A stretch of 57,512 bases of DNA, filler included, from Streblomastix strix (taxonomy: Eukaryota), in assembly GCA_008636045.1 (NCBI GenBank). It is 2 parts of 2 records of this genome, joined end to end, with 100 filler letters (N's around TTAATTAATTAA, not from the genome) between each part and the next. Parts side by side here need not be neighbours in the genome. Positions count along the whole stretch, not along the records: positions 28,808 to 57,512 come from SNRW01000116.1; 1 more part is not named here. One strand, given 5' to 3'. The notes beneath the pieces are model-generated. The model was not told where the DNA came from, did not search any database, and saw nothing but the letters and a program-made list of their open reading frames with translations. Shown piece after piece: positions 43,346 to 55,018 of this stretch. The number at the start of each line of letters is the position of its first letter. Within the stretch, counting starts at the first letter, position 1. A program made the translations under genes and the position numbers.

Positions 43346-44344
43346 TTGAAATCCTCCATCTATTAACACTTATCTGAAATATCCTTGTTTTTATTAAATA
43401 ATTTGAAATGCTACAGCATCAAATTTCTTTCCTCTCTTCTTTGTATTGAATATACGTCTTGCGATATCTACCTCATTTAACTACGCCTCTCAATCTTAAT
43501 GATTATTTCCATATTCTTGAATACGAGCTCCTTATGGATCAAGTGCACGAGATACTTACGACAATACACTATTCCATAATTTTGAGACTATTTGTGATGT
43601 TAGTCCAATATTTTTACTTTATTAAGCTCTTATACTTTCTAAATATTTTGACATTAATTTTTTGAATTTAATATATATTTATAATTTTTTATCACTAGCT
43701 ATCCAATAATTATCTTCTGTGATTTTTCCTTTAGTTAATGCTTGATATCTCTAGTCTAGAGTCAATAAGCTATTATCAACTGCAATTTTCTTATCACTGC
43801 CTCTGTTTGTACGTCTAGTTGAATAGTCTCCTATTCCATAATAACTTTACATGGTATCTCTGCTCTTTAGTTTTCTTTATCCAATCATTTTATTCTTTCC
43901 ACCAAAGCCCGGAGCGGTGTAGAATCCAATTACAGTCTAAATATTTCCATTCATTCTATAAAAACTAGTATTTTCTGGAGTCAATTTATCATTATCAAGA
44001 TCATGAGCTTCTAAATGATAACCTAACTTTAGATAACGAGAAGCATATGCTTGAGCTGAAGCTAATGATGCAAGTTCACGATTTCGTTTAACATCTCTAA
44101 TAAAGTATCCAATTAATTGAGCAAGAGCAGTTCCTACTGCTTTTCATTTAGCTTGATTCTCAGAATAATCATCATCTGCATCTAATGCTGTTTGAAGTAT
44201 TTCATATTGAGTCATATTGATTGGTTGAACAAATTCATCAATCTCCATGTTTTAGTTTTAGTTAAAATTCTACTATTGAATAGGTTAACTTTATTCATTA
44301 GTTGCATTCAAAAGAGTTTAGTTTATTTCATCGCGAGCTGACAT
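43346..44344 (-). pseudogene. viral hypothetical protein, decayed
   Basis: MSARDEINQTLLNATNEQ...AVGTALAQLIGYFIRDVKRNRELASLASAQAYASRY; internal TGA; 3' end approximate. Confidence 0.55.
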
Positions 44345-44433
44345 GTTTTGGGTTTAAGTAAAAATCTTATGATGAATTCATTTTGGTAATAAGAAAACGT
44401 TCATAACCGAATGAAATAATTAATAACAAGCAA

Positions 44434-45242
44434 ATGTTTCTAAACGCATACATATATTAATTGTTAAGTAAATGGAAAACTAATAAACATGAAAAACAAT
44501 CAATGATTCATAAGGAACTAAATTTCTCATATACTTCTATCAATCTGCTCATAGGGTAACGTGGAAGTGGTATGTTTTATAATGTTTTCAAAAAGCAAAT
44601 CAAATTGAGCTAATTGCCTAATAAAAATTGCACGCTATTTATACATGTTACTGATAGCAATAATGATACAGTTTATATGAAAATGAAAGATTTAATAACT
44701 ATTCCAACAAAATAGTCCAATACGCTGAAGCAAATAAAGTATTAGATGAGTTAATCGAATATAAATAAGCTTATGGTGAAGATATTTAAAAGAAATTGGA
44801 AAAAAAAATGAATCATGAATAGAAAAAAGATATACTGTCTCACATAGGAATAACAGATTTTTCTATCATATTTCCACATATATTAGTACTGTTCGATGAT
44901 GCAATGAATAAATTCAAACGCAAGAACAATCGATTATATAAGAAACTATTCAAAAATAGATAGCCAAGAATCATTTATTTCCAATGCTTATGAGATATAA
45001 TTGGTTTGGATGCTAGCATTAAATCTAATGTGGATACAATATACTTTTTTGGTGGATTCAATAGATAAAAATTCAATTTATTTTTCTACTAATCAATTAT
45101 TCCATTAGATAAAGAAACTTTATGGAGAGAATATGTGTAAATAAGCAAACGAGAAGCATTACTGGTACAACATAATAATGATGAAACTGTTGTACGAGTT
45201 TTCAGATCAATAAACGTACTCATCATATTCATGAGATGTTGA
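44434..45242 (+). pseudogene. A32/FtsK-HerA-like genome packaging ATPase, decayed
   Basis: INLLIGQRGSG(M) Walker A with Lys lost, ILVLFDDA Walker B, LFKNRQPRIIYFQCL*D, IKSNVDTIYFFGG. Confidence 0.82.
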
Positions 45243-45611
45243 CTGATATTTTTATTCAAAGAATCTAATTAAATACTTAAAATTATCATTAATTTCTTTG
45301 ATTTTTTATTGAGGACTTGCCTGTTCAATTTGTTCAGATGATTTGTGTTTGGATTATTTCAATGCAATTTAATCATTCTGACATGTATAGATATATCTTT
45401 CTATTTTATATTGTCTGTTTAATTTTATAGCTAGCTTCATATCAATAGATTCTTTAGTAGTTGTATACTATTATTGGAATTCATCAATGGAATCAACCGT
45501 CAATGGTTGTACGTTTGTTTTATTAATTATTATTAAGTTAGGTAATGGATATATTTTGTCTTAAGATTTAATGTTCTTAACTAGCTTACTATCGAATAGT
45601 ATACGTGACAT
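45207..45611 (-). CDS. 134-aa viral hypothetical protein
   Basis: Open from ATG 45611 (MSRILFDSKLVKNIK) to TGA 45207; preceded by the upstream motif. Confidence 0.55.
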
Positions 45612-45637
45612 TTCAATTAAACAAAAATAAATTATGC

Positions 45638-46484
45638 TCATAAATCCTAAACTTCAATTACGTTCTCTTTAATTACTTCGATTATATTATCTAATTAGTC
45701 ATATGAAAATGTGTATTTCGTTCCTTTAATCTTCATCCCATCACGTCTAGTGAACCATTCTTTAATTACTTCATTAATTATTGTAGCTATTGGAAGATTA
45801 TTAATAAATAATAATGTGTTATGTTTGTTATATTACAATAACCCTTTGCTAGTAGTTTTCTTAATTTTTCTTTTAATTTATATCTTTATTAAATCATCAT
45901 ATTAATGAACTTCTTCAACTATTAAACAAAAGCTTCTATATTTACCATTGGAACAACTTTTGAAATAAATGATTTTACATCTGAATTCAATTCTGTTATT
46001 TGATTTGATAGCTTATCAGCAACTATATTCATTTCACTATGGAATTAATCTACTACTGCTTATATTTTATCTGCTTCATGTTCTGCAATAGTTGTTTCAT
46101 GAATTTTTTCTATAATATTATTAATAACATGTAGATAATTCATTGATGTTTACAAGCATATGATATTTATCAATTCTTTGTAAACATATGTTCTTTTGAG
46201 ATCGTTGATAAAATTAATAGGAAGAATGTAATCAAGGGGTTGGCTGAAATTCAACTTACCACCAAAATGAAGTAATTCTTATAATTTGAATGCATTGGTG
46301 AGTGTAATATATTTTTAAATTATCTATTTGGATGTTTTCTATCAACAATCTATTACAACAGTTTTGTAGCGTTAATACATCCATCTTTATCACGTATAAA
46401 TATCTCAAAGCTATAACATGAACCAATTGTGAAAGTCTCATTGTTGAAGCTAATGTTTCTGATTGTAGTTGCATGTCCTTCCAT
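45638..46484 (-). pseudogene. KilA-N domain protein, frameshifted
   Basis: IFIRDKDGCINATKLL and downstream TYVYKELINIICL..S..Y..VI match the KilA-N DGYINATKL and GTYVH motifs. Confidence 0.75.
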
Positions 46485-46651
46485 TTTCTATTTTAATAAA
46501 AAGTTTAATTAGATAATTGAAACAAGTCATTATTAATTAATGCTTGAAAAATAATAGAGAAGAAGAAAATTCAACCTGAACTTTTATGGACATATACATT
46601 CAAATACCAATATCAGATAAGTCCCGTCAAGTTGAACGGACCAGTTCACAA

Positions 46652-47051
46652 TCAATAGGAAAGCATTAACTTCAAAAAAAATTTCAAACCATCCTCTATA
46701 TTTTATTGGTTAGCATCTTTGAACCAAATAAATAGACTTGATTAGTGATTCATTTATTTAAATTCAGTAATTATTCTAGTTTCATTACAGAAATCTACAA
46801 AACTATCAAAATATTACTTTTCTTAAACAAGTGTTGAGTGAATAGAAACTATATCAGGAGTATTAAATATCATGCATTATATGAATATTATTTTTCGCTA
46901 ATTATTTGAATTAACAAATTCATAAGGAAGTTGAAATCGATATTTTCCATCATTAAACGAACAATTATCCTACATTATTACGAAATGCTTTACATTCGGA
47001 GCAGAAGTAATATCAAATATCATTTTATTACAAAAATAGTGTTCTATTCAT
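46652..47051 (-). pseudogene. putative minor capsid (penton-like) protein, frameshifted
   Basis: Beta-rich YRFQLPYEFVNS, VSIHSTLV, FVDFCNE, KFFLKLMLSY; starts 1 nt after the putative MCP stop. Confidence 0.4.
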
Positions 47052-47052
47052 A

Positions 47053-48771
47053 TCAATCAGTAATCAATTCATCAATTTAATCAAATGAATGAATTATATC
47101 ATATACGCAAGATCCTCCATCTGCAGGAGTAAAGAGCCAAAAAGTATCATGCACAGTGCATAAAATTGGAGGAGGTGGGTGTTTTCCATTAGTATCAACG
47201 TTATTGTATGTTTCAATATCTCCAGCGAATATTGGATGTCCTTTTAATTCAACTGGAATATTCTAGATCTTAGAATCTAATTCATCAAATGTTAATGCAC
47301 CATTGCTATTACGTTCATATTATATTGTGATGAGAAATGATGTATAATCACTAACTGCATTGTATCTTCGTGTTTTATTAGCCCTTGGAGTTGCGAGTGA
47401 ATTTTTGTATTAATCACATGCTTCGAATATATTTACGAGAATATTTGCTTATAATTGCATAGTGAAGGATTATTCATTTAGTGCATTCATTGGAAAATCT
47501 GGGAAATTCTACTCATTTCAGTAATTTATATATCAAAATTGCATGGATTTTCATAGCAAATAACACGTCCAGCATCATTAGGGAATAATATGCACATATT
47601 TGTGATATGAGAAAGAGGTATGTTTTAGGCAGTTTTTATTCCAGCTTATGATGCTGCACTTGGAAATACCCATGATTCAATAAGTTATGCAGGAACAACA
47701 AATGGACTATTTTAATAAAATTAACGTACACAATTAGGACAAGTTTCTGATGCTCTATATCCACATATATTTGTTGTTATGGTTTCTTTAATATAGTTTC
47801 TTACGGATACTGTAACTGGTTTAATATCACAAACGAGATTGTTTAATCCTGAAGGAATAAGTTCTTCTGCACGTATTCCAGTAATCAAATCAGCAGTGCA
47901 TTCAATTTATGTGTACATATTGGTGTATTAGAATGTAAGAAACCAGTTGCGGAAGAATAGATCAGTATCCTTAAGCTTATTTTAACCTGAACTCAATAAT
48001 TCATCTTTATAAATTGTAAAATTTTTAGCTATAGATATTACTGGATCTACTTAGCTGAATACGAATGCGCTTGAATTAATATTGAATTTAATTTAAGATC
48101 ACCAAATAGACTATTAGGATATTCAGAGAATGCAGAGAAAATGAGTAAATCGTCCATAGGAATTGATACTGTGAAGCCAACAGGCATAGCATATGGAGAT
48201 GAAGTTTATGGTGCATGTACATCTGAAATTTCTTTAATACCAAGGTATCTTCCACAGCAGGATATGTCATCTTTACTGATATTTTCATAAAGAGAATGGA
48301 CAAATCTATTATTATTTTTCTCTGAATTTGGTTTGATAATATTATAAATAAATGATTCAGTTGTTTCATCGTTCAAGAAAGATCCTTCAATTGTATTTCC
48401 TCGGTGATATAGAACATATTATTTAAACAATTCAGCAGAATTATTCAAGCAAACAAATATGAAAGTACTTTCTTTATTTCATCATCAAATTTATCAAATT
48501 TATTATCGAATAACAGATTTATTTATAACTCAAATGAAATGAATGAATTTTATATTTGTGTTATATCATGATCCAAATCGGACAAACTGATGGTAACTTC
48601 CATATCAAATAATGATGAGAGTTATGATTCTGGTTTGATCTTTTTGATTGAGAAATAATGCTCTCTGTCATTCTAAAATGGTTGAATGTCGAATGTTTTT
48701 AATAAGTCCTCAATAGTTTATAAGTTTTCCTATGATTAAGGGATATGAGTCTTCATAATTTAATGATTCAT
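47053..48771 (-). pseudogene. putative major capsid protein (~570 aa), frameshifted
   Basis: Size, position near ATPase, and beta-rich sequence: NSAELFKQY, VSIPMDDLLIFSAFSEYPNSLFGDLKL, PFVVPAQ, ERNSNGALTFD, PPPPILCTVHDTFWLF. Fold not verifiable by eye. Confidence 0.6.
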
Positions 48772-48834
48772 GTTTAATTGCGCAAAAATAATCTGATTAT
48801 ATGTTAATTAGTTCAATTAATGATTCACTGAAAT

Positions 48835-49153
48835 TCACCTCCAAGAAGCTGAATCGGTTTACTAAATATATAAATCGGAACCTTTTTCTTTAAGTAATCT
48901 TCCTATCAGAATGTCTTAAAATCTTATCTGAATTGCTATCTCACTTATTGTTTATTTGGACCCCATAGTGCATCCACCGCAGACGAACCTACACTAATTC
49001 CTTTAGCTACCATACTTCCTACAGGCCCCAAAAATTAGAGAAGTGCATTTGTTATGGACGTCATTGGTTTGATTACTTTATCATTCATCCAACTGACTCC
49101 ATTCCCTATTACCTGGACTAGTATTTTTGCTTGTTAAATGTATCTGCTGCCAT
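48835..49153 (-). pseudogene. small Gly/Ala-rich amphipathic-helix protein
   Basis: After one frameshift: ILVQVIGNGVSWMNDKVIKPMTSITNALLQFLGPVGSMVAKGISVGSSAVDALWG. Confidence 0.5.
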
Positions 49154-49448
49154 GATTTTAATTCGCAAAAATAATCGTTATTGCATCAAATTATCGAATC
49201 AATGTCTCATAAGTAATACGCAATTTCATTGCCTGCAATTTTATAAGTAGTACATTCCACTAGCGCAGTATTAATAAATATCAGTTAATGAATCAAGATT
49301 AACTTTCTTTTCTATCACTAGATTTTTCACCGATTGTCCTTAGAGAAGATCCAACAGAAAAAACTCTATAATTTGGTATATCAAAATTATTCAGGCTAAA
49401 TTGCTATTACTTCTATCATTAATGTTGTGTCTAATTTCATTTTCATTA

Positions 49449-50763
49449 CAGGGAGGTAATTAAGTACACTCAAGGTCCCTAAAAATCGGTCAATATATAA
49501 TTGAAAAATCATTTACATATATATGTATGATAGTTTGTTGCATAAAAAAATTTCATAATAGAATTATTACCTGAATATAGAAACTTAATAAGTTATTGTA
49601 ATTTTTTTGATTTCAATATTCTTTTTTAGCAAAAAATAAAAAATTACAAAATAAATTTATTATTATTTTTATGTGTTTAAATTTATTATACAAATCATTT
49701 CAAGTAAGATCCGTCGTTCTGATTCACGTACCATGCTAGAGTGCACCAATTCTCAAAACATGAATATAACATATTTTTTGGAATTGAGTACAGAATTTTA
49801 GACGCAGCATCCACAGCCTCTTCGATAGTTTTGAATGTGTTATCTTGAAAATTCCGTTTCAGATATCCAAATAAAAAATAATCACATGGGGAAAGGTCAG
49901 GAGAATACGGTGGATGTGCAGTTCGAATGATTTTGTTCTCTTCCAAGAATTACGTTGTCGCATGAGAATTGTGAGATGATGCATTATCGAAATGTACATA
50001 GATTGACTTTAGTTCTGGGTTACTCGAACGTATACTTTACAAAAGTGGTGTGAAAATATCATTGATGAAAGTTATAAATGTTACTGATCTCTTTTAAGGC
50101 ATTGCATGTATTAACCATATCCTATCTGCGCCAAAGAAAACCGTTAACATCATCTTCTATGCACCTATTGCTTTTCGAGATGCTGTTGGTTTAGATTCAT
50201 TAATATCAATCCATTATCTAATGGATGGGTTGCCGAGATACAACTGTGTTTCATCACAAGTTACAAAGCCGGCATATTTAAACTTTTAAATTTACTACAG
50301 AAGGATTATCAAACAATTTGAAGCTTCGATTCTGTCATCTATGTTTGACCTTGATAGTATATGAGGAATTCATCTAATTGAAACGAGTATCAGCTTTAGA
50401 TCTCTAATAATGACGTCTGCAATTGCTTAACTCGATCGACTAAAGATTTCTGCCATTTGTTTCAAGGATTTATTTGAATTTTAATCAATCAAAGGAAGAA
50501 TCTACGTCGCTAGTTATTCTCATTTATTTATAACAAGCTTCATAACTTATATTTCTTTGAATGTAATCTTCAGCTACGGACCTAAATCTAATCCAGTTGA
50601 TTCTTTTAGACTTACCTTTTCTTCCATTAATGGGTTTTTTATAAAATATAATCATTAAAATAATTTTCATTTAAGTTTATTTAATACAATTTAAATAATA
50701 TTTTTCTTTTATCTTTTGTCTATCGAACTATAGGGACCTCAGATGGACTTAATTACCTCCCTA
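49449..50763 (-). mobile_element. mariner (DD34D) transposon, 1315 bp
   Basis: TIRs CAGGGAGGTAATTAAGTACACTCAAGGTCCCTA and revcomp TAGGGAGGTAATTAAGTCCATCTGAGGTCCCTA, flanked by TA at 49447-49448 and 50764-50765. Confidence 0.93.
49695..50627 (-). pseudogene. mariner transposase
   Basis: R*IPHIL (WVPHEL motif with TGA at 50370-50372), VTCDET, HFDNASSH, YSPDLSPCDYFLF with 34 residues between the last two Asp. Confidence 0.92.
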
Positions 50764-51279
50764 TATTATTCTACTCAATACGGATATTTGTGGATATACA
50801 AATAGCATTATTGCATTAAAATTGAAAATATATATTTATTTCATGTAATTCCATATCATGTGTATCTCTTTCGTACAGATACTCTAACGCTTTTCATTTC
50901 CGAAAATCATGGACTACAATAGTGTAGCATGAACATTTGAATATTGCTTGATCTTTTTTCTTTTTAAAAGACATATTCGAAACAGAGTAGTCTATAATAA
51001 ATTGTATATATATTCATTATCTTATTTGCCATCACTGGTTTTTTTCACACCAACAGTCGTATAAATATCAGTTCTATTTTCTTCTAATATTACAGTATCA
51101 CCCTCCAACCATATGATAACATATCTACTGTTATTATGCGTATAACCGTGCTGTTCATTAATGAATCTGATTATATATTATTTATTCTCCAGAATCGTTA
51201 TTTCGATTATCTAATCATATTTTTAATAATCATACTCTTATGTAGTGATTTTATCCTAAATACATCAGTTTTTTTATCA

Positions 51280-53371
51280 TTTAAATAAAATAAGAATATA
51301 GATACTTTTTTGATTCGATATCTTTGGAAGATACATCTGCCTATCGGTGCTACCAGTTACAATGCTTTAACATATTTGCTCGATGTATCGTATTGTACCA
51401 ATCTTTTAGTAATTCTTTCTTCAATTTCTTTTAATCTTTTAATATTCTGATATTTTTTGGTTTAAATTTTTGGTATTTAATATGGAAAATATGCAAGATA
51501 AGGTCTTTTGATTCTCTAAAATCTGATATACAATTGCAATAACGCTAACGCTCGGAATAAGTTAAAAATACAACTGCTAGAAATAATATTTGTCCTAATA
51601 AATTATGAAACTGTATTCGAATAAAAATAATATTTGTTCAATCTTTATCCTTTAAAACGTATAATTTTTAATTAATTATTTGAAAATTAGTATCTATTAC
51701 TCTTCAATTTAATAATTAAGTTTCAATCGTATCATCTATTAATGTCTCATCATCTTTTTATTCTAATAATAAATTAAACTATGGACAGCATTCAAACTTA
51801 TGAATATAGTACCATTTTTATTTTTCATCATATGCTAACTGTTTATGTATACATTTTATTTTCAGTGAAATTTCAAATATTTTTAGTTGCGTATTATTTG
51901 GATTATAATATAATGCATCAGAACACAAAATTCATTTCTTAAACTTTTAATAATCAATATCTATAATTTCATTTGTTTCTTTATGACTAGTCCTTATCAT
52001 ATCTATTTTAGATTATGTCTTTGGACTGATTCATCGATTGCTGAAAAATGTTTATTTAAAATTCTTCTGATTTGTTTATTTTAATAGTAGAGTAAGATTT
52101 CAACGGAAATAATTCAAAACAATAATAAATATGTAATCTTCTATGGCATGTCTGAACGAATTTTAATGGATTTTTATATCATTTCATTTCATCGAAAATT
52201 AAATTTTGTATATTACATTTTTTTGCATTTCATTTAAAATCTTATTCAAATCAATTTCAACTATTGTTAAATTAAGAACTTTCGATACGTCAATAATTTT
52301 TCTTGATTTGTGATCTGATTTATTATTTGTTGGAAACGTAATGTAATTACGTTGATCAATTAATGCATTGCTCATTCATTTACCTAAAAATTTCCAGGTT
52401 ATTTTATATCACCTTACTGTTCATCAATATTTAACAATTCTCGAAGCTCTCCTGGAAATTTATTTTTGAACTTATTGTTTTCAGCCCATTAATCAGAAGT
52501 TGCAAATGTTATTGTTTGCATTTCTGATAAATTTAAAAACCAAATTAATTTTTGATAAAATATTTTATTTTTCAAAAAATACAATTCAATTAATACAAAT
52601 GAATAATAAAATTTTTAGGAACTGTATTTTTTACTAATTCTGAACAATTACATTATTATAGTTAAAAGAAAGATTCTAAGAGAATCATTAATCTCTATCC
52701 ATCAATGCCCATTAGCCACTATCACTTTGAAATATTAATCACATATAAATTTATCTATCGATTTTATGTCATATGAATTAAGTTTAACTATATGTTTGAT
52801 ACCACTAGGTGGAATACAAAACCATTCAAGTTTCATTAATCTTAAGCATTATTCTTTATCACTTTAATGTATCTCTTCAAAGTATTTATTATTGTTTGAA
52901 TATCTAATTTCATATATTGATTTATAATGATTCGCCGAGATTCAGCAAAGACAATTTGTCTTTTAACTAATAATTGTTAACAATTATTTATGATTTGCCC
53001 GATATTTTTTTAAAAAAATTAAATAATTTATTAACACATACTCACTCATTAATCAACAAGAAATTATCTTCATCATTATCATCAGTATTAGCTCGTAAAT
53101 TATCTATTAACGAATATTAAGTATCATCATAGTATATCACTAACTAACTATTATGATTACTCATATTTATAGTCTATTTGATATTTCTTGTAAATGTTCT
53201 TATTGAATATTTATTCCCAGACTTTTTTTACAACTATTAATTTGCAAATCATTCAGTTAAATCATTGTTTACATCATCATTTGGATATGAATAATCCATT
53301 TCAGACTTATTATTCGAATAAATATATCTTTTATCATAATTATTCTTAATTCTCACATTCATTCCATTCAT
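51280..53371 (-). pseudogene. two or three decayed viral hypothetical genes
   Basis: Starts at 52521 (MQTITFATSDQWAENNKFKNKFPGELRELL) and 53371 (MNGMNVRIKNNYDKRYIY); frameshifted, no motif recognised. Confidence 0.35.
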
Positions 53372-55018
53372 TTTTTGTTAAAATTAAAATCAAAAAATTG
53401 AAATTTATAATTATTGTCAAAACAAGTAATTTACTCAATTTCATATCGCTCTTCGCGAATATCGACATAAAAACACGTTTTGGAACTATTTATCATATTC
53501 CTTCTGTCGATTTAATGCAAGTTATCATTGAATATTTACTTCAAACAAAAAATCACTTTTCTTTAACTTTTCTTCAATTTCTTAAAAAATAATAATTATT
53601 ATTTTGCAACAAATTATAATAACATCTTAAAATATCAATTTAAAAATAAAATATTCGACTAGCATCTATATTCTAATTAGTTTGAAAACATTAATTCTTC
53701 AACTTTTGAAAAACTTGTTAATTATCAAAACAAAATATCACTTCAATAAAACTGATTAATAATTTCTCATTAATTGTTTAGAAAGTCATCATAAACGATT
53801 TAACACTAAAAGTCACTATATTCGGATTTGCATTAAAAATAGTTTGTAAAAGATGCGACAAACCTAACAAATAAAAAATTCCCATTAATCGGCAAGCGTA
53901 AAAAAATATTATTTATTTTTTCCATTTTTAACCATTAATTCATAACATTTAATATAAAACAACAATTGTACCATAAATTTCCAAAATTGTCACCATATGC
54001 AGTATAAAATATCCAACATCTTCATATTTTTTAAATTAATTCATTTTAAGTTATAAACATTTACAAATTAACTTATTAAAAATTATTATACAAAAATAAT
54101 CAATAACAATTTCATATAATTTCTTTAAATTATCTATATTAGATTATTTTAATTTCTTATCTTTTGAGCTTGTTCCTTCATTTACTAACTACTCTTCAGG
54201 GCAAGAAAAACTGATCTAAAAATGAAAAATTAAAACAAAATAAATACTATTTATTAAAGATTAATATTGAATTAAAAATATACTTAATAAATTTTAATAT
54301 TTAATTATAATATGTTAATATATATATAAACTATTAAAATAATTTTTGTCAAAAATTAATTTTTCTTATAATACGTTCTGGTCAATCTGGATCAGTCAAT
54401 TTTTTGTCCTATAAATAATCTTATAATTAATATTTATTAAAATATTGCGCATATATATGTTTGTACAATTTTTATATTAATGAATTTTTGAATTATTACT
54501 TGGTAAAAATGAAATTTAAGTTGAAATTCAAAAATAGCTGTCTTAGCTAAAGTGGGTCAAACTGGAATTTGTATTGGGTCAAAAAGAATTTATTTATTTT
54601 TATCTCGATTTTTATGTACGCATTTTAATAAAATAAGGATAAAATATGCAATAGCAGGTAATTTTGATAAAATTTTATTCTTTGCAGTACTTCCGTCAAC
54701 AAGCATATTTATACTGAACTCCTGTATTATTTTTTTACAATTACAATGTTACGAACACATTCAAATTGATTTAATTTATTTATATATTATTGTTTGTTTC
54801 AATCATAATTATTTTTTGTTATTTGACATTTTTTTCGTGTTGCACGAGTTTTATTTAATGCATAACCTAATAAATGATTGAATCAAAATTCGCTAACTAC
54901 ACTCTTTGGATTACCGAACCATAACACTCTCTAATATAACACAACACAAATACAAACTTTTATTTAATATTTTTCTTGTAAATGCAGATATTTTATCGCT
55001 TTCTATTTATTCTGAATA

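Larger units (their letters stand above)
49208..51260 (-). pseudogene. viral hypothetical gene interrupted by mariner
   Basis: Coding-like frames on both sides of the insertion (YVIIWLEGDTVILEENRTDIY; MELHEINIYFQFQCNNAICISTNIRIE; NENEIRHNIND). Boundaries approximate. Confidence 0.4.
31985..53400. mobile_element. decayed endogenous Polinton/Maverick-like virus
   Basis: Tightly packed, apparently intronless cluster of pPolB, RVE integrase, A32-like ATPase, KilA-N, PrimPol-SF3 helicase and capsid-like genes. Boundaries approximate. Confidence 0.88.

Noticed and set aside
30276..50372. Recurrent in-frame TGA at Arg/Trp/Gln positions as TGA reassignment
   Set aside because: They replace different residues and mostly occur in decayed elements; with one stop codon every nonsense mutation is TGA.
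51280..53371. Adenain-like cysteine protease expected in Polintons
   Set aside because: No HW/D/Q..CG motif set recognised in the frames I read.
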